Source: Desulfobacteraceae bacterium (GTDB lineage: Bacteria; Desulfobacterota; DSM-4660; Desulfatiglandales; Desulfatiglandaceae). Taken from it: DNA of 58,538 bases. The position numbers and the translations under genes are program-made. The notes under the pieces are model-generated. The model searched no databases, was not told where the DNA came from, and worked only from the letters and a program-made list of their open reading frames with translations. Location: the NCBI GenBank assembly GCA_030611815.1, contig JAUWPC010000001.1, positions 1 to 58,538 of the forward strand, written 5' to 3'. Below are positions 53,102-58,538 of the stretch, in pieces (position 1 is the stretch's first letter; every line of letters begins with the position of its first letter).

Positions 53102-54460
53102 TCACCCAGACCTGTATCTCTCACGGATTTGGGAGACTAAGCCCTTCAACCGTGGAAGCTCCCTTTTTTTGGATTCATCCCAGCAGGGCAAGAGGGTGTT
53201 GTTATGAAACAGAGGCTCCGATGCAAGGTCATATTTGGAGCAGGTCAGGGCCTTTTTCCACATAGGGGTGTGGGGAATGGGGGAATATTCTGATAAATAA
53301 GGAATGGCCCCATTGGCTCCTACAAAATTGATGGTTTCTATTACCGAATCTACCGTTTGTCCCGGTAACCCGATCAGGATGTAAGCCCCGATCTGTCTGG
53401 TGTCAAAACCGGCCTTGAGCAGGTTATAGATAGCACGCTCGAAATCACCTTTGGAGAGCTTGTTATCCAGATCCCGATGGAGCGAGATATCAGAGGTCTC
53501 TAAACCGAGACGAATCGTTTGAAAACCGGTCCTATGCATGAGCCTCGCGATCTCTCCTGTGATCTCTCTCACATGGAGGGCGTTGGGCGTGTGAAATCTG
53601 AGATTCAGGTCGAGACGTGTAAGGCCTTCCAGAAAAAACCCCACATGGTTTTCAGGTGCCACTAAGAGCGCATCGTCATAAAAGGCAAAGTCCTGAACTG
53701 CAAACTCCTTGTGCCAAAAAACGATCTCTTCTAAGACCTCATCCGGTTCTCTCCTGATCAGATTTGGCTGTAAAAAATGACTGGCACAGTACTGACATCT
53801 GTACGGGCACCCTAATGATGTCATAACGCAGACGTACTCAATCCGTGTCAACAGATCAAATGCAGGATATGTTAGCCGGCCGACATCAGGGCGGGTTGCC
53901 GGGACATGGATGCCATTTTCATCCAAGGCGGCTAAAAGGGATGCGGCACCGTGGCCGGAAACCACGCTGTCTGCCCCCGAACTCATGAGGGCATGGTCAC
54001 GGCAAAGCCTTGCATAGATCCCCCCGAGAATGACGGGAACCCCGGGATGGACCCTTTTAGCTAAGCTAACGGCCTTTCTAACGCCCGGGTACCAGTAGGT
54101 CATGAGAGAGGTTATCAGAATCGCAGATGGTTTCCTGATCTTTCTCAGCTCTTGTTCAAATACTTCGGGTAAAAGCCCGTAGCGACTGTAAGGCCTCGGA
54201 ATATCCTGTAACGGGGAGGGCTTTGGGACTACCTCCCTCCAGAATTTGCCGGTTCCATACAGGCGCCTCTTAGGAGGTGTCAGGGAACTGTTCCCTGGCA
54301 TGTTAGGATGGTGTACGTCTAAGCAGTCTATAAGATATATATCAAACCCACTCTCCCTGAGCCAACCTGCAAGATATAGAAGGCCGAGCGGCTTGGACCA
54401 GAAGTCATAGGCCGCAAAGTCGTAAATCCAGGGATTGATTAAAATGAGTGTGGGTTTCAT
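53102..54460 (-). CDS. B12-binding domain radical SAM protein
   Basis: MKPTLILINPW...; LGCPYRCQYC cluster. Confidence 0.85.
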   Translation of the reverse strand: MKPTLILINPWIYDFAAYDFWSKPLGLLYLAGWLRESGFDIYLIDCLDVHHPNMPGNSSLTPPKRRLYGTGKFWREVVPKPSPLQDIPRPYSRYGLLPEVFEQELRKIRKPSAILITSLMTYWYPGVRKAVSLAKRVHPGVPVILGGIYARLCRDHALMSSGADSVVSGHGAASLLAALDENGIHVPATRPDVGRLTYPAFDLLTRIEYVCVMTSLGCPYRCQYCASHFLQPNLIRREPDEVLEEIVFWHKEFAVQDFAFYDDALLVAPENHVGFFLEGLTRLDLNLRFHTPNALHVREITGEIARLMHRTGFQTIRLGLETSDISLHRDLDNKLSKGDFERAIYNLLKAGFDTRQIGAYILIGLPGQTVDSVIETINFVGANGAIPYLSEYSPIPHTPMWKKALTCSKYDLASEPLFHNNTLLPCWDESKKRELPRLKGLVSQIRERYRSG

Positions 54461-54494
54461 AGCTCAAAATTTTCCATCGGAGGGCTGCATTTCA

Positions 54495-55049
54495 ATGAAG
54501 ATCTATTTTGACGGTTTCAAAAGGATTCTTTGTTCGCTGGTCTTTGCTCTGCTTATAGTTAATCTGGCAGAAGCCGGAGTAAAAACTATAAATCCTGAAA
54601 AGAGGGTAGATATCAGGAAGTTAATTGAACTAACCGGATTGGAAGAGGTTGTTATTCTGTCCGCTGACAGCGTAGTTGACAGAATCTTTCCTATCCTGAA
54701 GAAGGCGATTGCAAGAGACAACCCGGCAGTTACTGATGCTGTTCTTGCGATCATGAAAAGGACGACCCTATCATTGGTGAAGAGACAGATCTCATCCCCT
54801 GGAGGTCTGGTGGACAGGGTGATTCCCATATATGACAGGCATTATACACATAACGAAATACGAGCGCTTATCAAATTCTACGAAAGCCCCCTGGGGAAGA
54901 AAATGGCCTCCATCAGACCTGAGATAACAAAGGAAGGGATAGTTGTCGCCGAACAGTGGGTTAGATATCTCGAGCCCTTGTTGATTCAGGCAATAGAAAA
55001 GAGCCTTGAAAAAGAGGGATATGTCGTTATCAAAAAGGAACCTAAATAG
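54495..55049 (+). CDS. DUF2059-like periplasmic protein
   Basis: Signal peptide MKIYFDGFKRILCSLVFALLIVNLAEA. YTHNEIRALIKFYESPLGKKM is typical of DUF2059 (from memory). Confidence 0.7.
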   Translation: MKIYFDGFKRILCSLVFALLIVNLAEAGVKTINPEKRVDIRKLIELTGLEEVVILSADSVVDRIFPILKKAIARDNPAVTDAVLAIMKRTTLSLVKRQISSPGGLVDRVIPIYDRHYTHNEIRALIKFYESPLGKKMASIRPEITKEGIVVAEQWVRYLEPLLIQAIEKSLEKEGYVVIKKEPK

Positions 55050-55099
55050 TGCCCAAACGAAACAACTTCCCTATTAAACCCTGAACCCGTGAACGGTTA
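55043..55099. repeat. Composite repeat: module M1 (55043-55075) plus a family B arm (55076-55099)
   Basis: The sequence is taaatagtgcccaaacgaaacaacttccctatt + aaaccctgaacccgtgaacggtta. It contains the stop codons of both convergent flanking genes (TAG 55047-55049 and TTA 55097-55099). Confidence 0.8.
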
Positions 55100-57052
55100 A
55101 TCCTCCTGAAGTTCTTTCAAATTCTCATAGAAGTCGAGGGATTCAGGATTGCCCAAGGCATCTTTGTTCAGGACGGGCTGACCCTCAATGACTTTTTTTA
55201 CAGCCAATTCGACCTTTTTCATATTTAGTGTATAGGGCACTGCAGGGGTTTCAATAATCTTGGCCGGTACATGCCGCGGTGAGGCGTTGTTTCTCAGGAT
55301 CGTCTTGATCTTCTTTTTCAGGTCGTCAGTCAAATCATATCCTTCAGCCATCTTGACAAAAAGGATAACCCGGACATCATTTTTCCAGTCTTGCCCAACA
55401 ACGATACTATCCTCAATCTCCTCCATACCTTCTACAAGCCGGTATATTTCGGCGGTTCCGATCCTCACTCCTCCGGGATTCAGCGTGGCATCCGACCTTC
55501 CGTAGATGACAACGCCCCCGTGATCATTGATCTCTATAAAGTCCCCGTGTCGCCATATGTTGGGATACACATCAAAATAGGCGGCATGGTATTTTTCCCC
55601 TTTGGGGTCATCCCAGAAATAGATCGGCATGGCTGGAGAGGGCGCGGTACAGACCAGTTCCCCCTGCTGATTGATGACCGCTTTCCCGTTTTCGTCAAAG
55701 GCTTCCACCTTCATGGCCAGGTCCCTGCACTGGAGTTCACCGGCATAGACCGGGCCCATGGGATTGCCCCCGGCAAAACATCCGTTGATGTCTGATCCGC
55801 CGGAGATGGAAGCTAACTGGAGATCCTCCTTAACCTCTTTATAAATATATTCAAATCCTTCAACAGAAAGGGGAGACCCCGTTGACATAACGGCCTTTAA
55901 AGGGGTGAGATCATACTCCTTGCCGGGTTTGACACCTGCGTTCTGGAGGGCCGCAATATACCCGGCGCTGGTCCCGAAGATAGTTATCTTTTCGTCCTGG
56001 GCCATTTTCCAGAGGGCCCCCGGGTTCGGATGAAAGGGGTTGCCGTCAAATAGAACCAGTGTTGCACCCACACTCAAAGAACTCGTCAACCAGTTCCACA
56101 TCATCCACCCGCACGTGGTGAAGTAAAAGATGGTGTCCTCCCGCTTCAGATCGGCATGCAACATAAGCTCTTTCATGTGGTGCACTAAAATACCGCCAGC
56201 GCTCTGTACCATGCACTTGGGAAGGCCTGTGGTGCCAGAGGTGAACATAATATAGAGGGGATGATCAGCGGGGAGCTGCTCAAATTCAATCTCAGAGAGT
56301 GAATCTGTGGATTTGAATTGCCTGTAATCAACGGCATTGGGCAATGGGCTGAGATCGGGATTTTTACCTGTGTAAGGAATTACTACAACTTTCTCAATGG
56401 AGGGTATCTCCTTCAAGATATCGGAGACTCTCGCGAGGGAATCAAAGCTCTTCCCTTTGAAAAAATAGCCGTTGGCCGTAAACAGTACCTTAGGTTTGAT
56501 CTGACCGAAACGATCCAGCACACCCTTAATTCCGAAATCAGGGGAGCAGGAAGACCAGGTCGCCCCGAGACTCGTGGCAGCTAACATGGCGATTATCGTC
56601 TCTGGCATGTTGGGCATAAAACCCGCCACCCTGTCTCCGGCCTGAACTCCGGTCTCTTTCAGGGATTTGGCAACATGTGCCACTTCATCATATAGCTCCG
56701 AATATGTTATCTTGGTTGAATCCTGTGACTCCCCTTTAAAGATAATGGCAACTTGGTCGTCCCGGTAACGAAGAAGGTTTTCTGCAAAATTGAGACGTGC
56801 CCCCGGAAACCAACTGGCTCCCGGCATTTTGGTCACGTCATCAACAACCTGCGCGTAGGGTTTCGAGGCCTTTATTTCGGCAAATTTCCACATGGATGCC
56901 CAGAAATCGGGGATATTTTCAATGGACCACTGGTAGAGCGGGCCATATTCATCAAAATCTTTATTGTATTTCTCATTAATGAACGTCATGAATCGATACA
57001 TGTTGGTACTTTTAATTCTCTCTTCCGACGGCTGCCATAACAGTTTAGCCAT
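55097..57052 (-). CDS. Acetoacetate-CoA ligase (acetoacetyl-CoA synthetase)
   Basis: MAKLLWQPSEERIKSTNMYRFMTFINEKY..., FTSGTTGLPK, about 650 aa; typical of the family. Confidence 0.88.
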   Translation of the reverse strand: MAKLLWQPSEERIKSTNMYRFMTFINEKYNKDFDEYGPLYQWSIENIPDFWASMWKFAEIKASKPYAQVVDDVTKMPGASWFPGARLNFAENLLRYRDDQVAIIFKGESQDSTKITYSELYDEVAHVAKSLKETGVQAGDRVAGFMPNMPETIIAMLAATSLGATWSSCSPDFGIKGVLDRFGQIKPKVLFTANGYFFKGKSFDSLARVSDILKEIPSIEKVVVIPYTGKNPDLSPLPNAVDYRQFKSTDSLSEIEFEQLPADHPLYIMFTSGTTGLPKCMVQSAGGILVHHMKELMLHADLKREDTIFYFTTCGWMMWNWLTSSLSVGATLVLFDGNPFHPNPGALWKMAQDEKITIFGTSAGYIAALQNAGVKPGKEYDLTPLKAVMSTGSPLSVEGFEYIYKEVKEDLQLASISGGSDINGCFAGGNPMGPVYAGELQCRDLAMKVEAFDENGKAVINQQGELVCTAPSPAMPIYFWDDPKGEKYHAAYFDVYPNIWRHGDFIEINDHGGVVIYGRSDATLNPGGVRIGTAEIYRLVEGMEEIEDSIVVGQDWKNDVRVILFVKMAEGYDLTDDLKKKIKTILRNNASPRHVPAKIIETPAVPYTLNMKKVELAVKKVIEGQPVLNKDALGNPESLDFYENLKELQED

Positions 57053-57189
57053 TTTTACCTCCTCCAGTGAAGTGGGGTTTCAGTATATGGGTTAACGAGC
57101 GGTATAGTTCTTGATCATGCCGGACATCATCTTCAATCCCGCTTCAGCTTTTTAAACTTTAGTCACTTTAGTTCACTTAGATCTAATTT

Positions 57190-58068
57190 CTATTCCTCGC
57201 CGTTGAGCGCCTTAAGGGCAAGAAACAGCGCCTGGGTCCCTGATCGGCCATGTCCCTGCGCTTGGACCGCTATGTACAGTTGCTGGACCAGGGCGAGTCC
57301 CGGAAGAGATAGGCCGACGGCGGCGGATTCTTCCAATGCGATCTTCATGTCTTTGATAAAATGCTCCACAAAGAAACCGGGGCCGAAATCTCCCTTGACA
57401 ACGCGTGGTCCTAAGATGTTTATGGCCCACGAACTGGCCGCGCCCTTACCGACAATGTCGATGACCTGTTGCATATCAAGCCCCTGTTTCGCCGCATAGA
57501 GGAGGCACTCACATGCCCCTATCATGTTTCCGGCAACAAGGATCTGATTGGCTACCTTGGTGTGCTGACCGGCGCCGGGTCCGCCCATGTACGAGATGGT
57601 TGGCCCCATGAGTTGAAAAAGGGGAAATACTTTATCGAAAATCTCTTTTTTCCCGCCGACCATAATAGCGAGTTTAGCATCTCTTGCGCCGACATCGCCG
57701 CCGGAAACAGGCGCATCAAGGGATTCGATACCTTTTTTCGCGGATTCCTCGAACAGGGTCTTGGCCAGACTGGGCTGACTCGTTGTCATATCGACCACAA
57801 CGCTGCAGGCGGGTTTTCCACTCAGGATACCCTTCTCTCCCAAGTAGACCTCCCGGACATCCGAGGGAAGCCCGACGATAGTGAAGACGATGTCGGCGTT
57901 TGCCACCACCTCTGCCGGTGAATCATACCAGCGAGCGCCCTTCTCGATCAGATTTTCCGCCTTCTTCTTGGTACGGCTGAACACCGAGAGATCATGACCG
58001 GCCTTCTGAAGATGCCCTGCCATAGAGGCGCCCATGACGCCAGTGCCAATCCATCCGATATCCATCAT
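57190..58068 (-). CDS. NAD(P)-dependent 3-hydroxyisobutyrate dehydrogenase-family oxidoreductase
   Basis: IGWIGTGVMGASMAGHL Rossmann motif and HIBADH-type length and core. Confidence 0.85.
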   Translation of the reverse strand: MMDIGWIGTGVMGASMAGHLQKAGHDLSVFSRTKKKAENLIEKGARWYDSPAEVVANADIVFTIVGLPSDVREVYLGEKGILSGKPACSVVVDMTTSQPSLAKTLFEESAKKGIESLDAPVSGGDVGARDAKLAIMVGGKKEIFDKVFPLFQLMGPTISYMGGPGAGQHTKVANQILVAGNMIGACECLLYAAKQGLDMQQVIDIVGKGAASSWAINILGPRVVKGDFGPGFFVEHFIKDMKIALEESAAVGLSLPGLALVQQLYIAVQAQGHGRSGTQALFLALKALNGEE

Positions 58069-58278
58069 CTTAAACTCCTTTATGAAAAACTTGGCCTTTC
58101 TTTCAGACAGTGCGCCTCATGGACCGGAGGCTGGTTCAGTCCCGCCTGAGGGATCAGGCCCTCTGGGCCAGAATTTATATTTTAAAGAGGGGGCGGAGCC
58201 GATTAAAAGAAAACCCTCTGTTAGGAGAGGTCCCAGGATGCAAACCATATGTCTATGGCGATTCTTACCCTTTTGATG

Positions 58279-58328
58279 TGGTGGGCGGTGGGGGATTTGA
58301 ACCCCCGACTTCCACCGTGTGAGGATGG
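58279..58328 (-). other. 3' portion of a tRNA (anticodon arm CAC = Val, T-arm, acceptor 3' strand, CCA); probable integrase attachment-site remnant
   Basis: The reverse complement is CCATCCTCACACGGTGGAAGTCGGGGGTTCAAATCCCCCACCGCCCACCA. The 26 nt upstream (GGGTGAAAGAGGGTAGCCTGTGAGTG) give neither a matching acceptor 5' strand nor a D-arm. Confidence 0.6.
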
Positions 58329-58365
58329 CACTCACAGGCTACCCTCTTTCACCCTATCATTTCAG

Positions 58366-58538
58366 CTATTTATCTCCCCCCATTTTTTCAGTTGTAGAGG
58401 TTTTGTAGAGAGTTTCCCTCCCATACGCCCCCTCCATTTCTTTTACTAGCATCTTGGCGTAATGCTCAGTCATTTTGATAGTGGTGTGACCCAGGATTTT
58501 AGAGGTCTGCCATATGTCATACCCTTTACGCAATAACC
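58366..58538 (-). CDS. Tyrosine-type site-specific integrase, C-terminal 57 codons (partial; runs off the right edge, not in the ORF track)
   Basis: ...LLRKGYDIWQTSKILGHTTIKMTEHYAKMLVKEMEG...GGDK-TAG. LGHxxxxxTxxY is the catalytic-Tyr motif of phage integrases. Confidence 0.8.
   Translation of the reverse strand, partial: LLRKGYDIWQTSKILGHTTIKMTEHYAKMLVKEMEGAYGRETLYKTSTTEKMGGDK

Noticed and set aside
58279-58355. A complete tRNA gene at the right end
   Set aside because: Only the anticodon arm, T-arm and 3' acceptor strand fold. The upstream 26 nt pair with the acceptor at 5 of 7 positions (one a G-U wobble) and give no D-arm, so it is treated as a fragment or att site.

Overview
This 58.5-kb chromosomal segment comes from a Gram-negative organism. 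Gene content suggests a deltaproteobacterial (Desulfobacterota-type) anaerobe, but that is inference only. The content includes EtfAB with an acyl-CoA dehydrogenase, two Liv-type ABC plus CoA-ligase loci, three radical-SAM enzymes, split glyQS and a lipid A/core operon. I support about 50 protein genes, one intact tRNA-Met(CAT) and no rRNA or CRISPR. Both window edges cut mobile-element genes that are missing from the supplied ORF track because they have no stop inside the window. One is an IS4-like transposase (1-716, minus). The other is the C-terminus of a tyrosine integrase (58366-58538, minus), which lies beside a tRNA 3' fragment that looks like an att site. Main hunt results: (1) An ogt/MGMT gene has TGA at the catalytic cysteine codon, conserved sequence continuing in frame and a SECIS-like hairpin downstream, so it is a candidate selenocysteine alkyltransferase. 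(2) Short-period (6-9 bp) repeat arrays, hexamer hairpins and MITE-like modules sit at almost every gene 3' end. Some supply stop codons or the last codons of genes, and one lies in frame inside waaA. (3) A MITE-like element in a 0.93-kb non-coding gap carries an array of CCATATGG palindromes. (4) An orphan 1569-aa protein with only degenerate HD-like regions lies between the two transporter loci. (5) An accessory-looking stretch holds a B12-radical-SAM/alpha-beta-hydrolase fusion, a BrnT/BrnA toxin-antitoxin pair, a nitrilase-family hydrolase and a double CDP-alcohol phosphatidyltransferase fusion. All family assignments come from motif recognition by eye; no searches were run.
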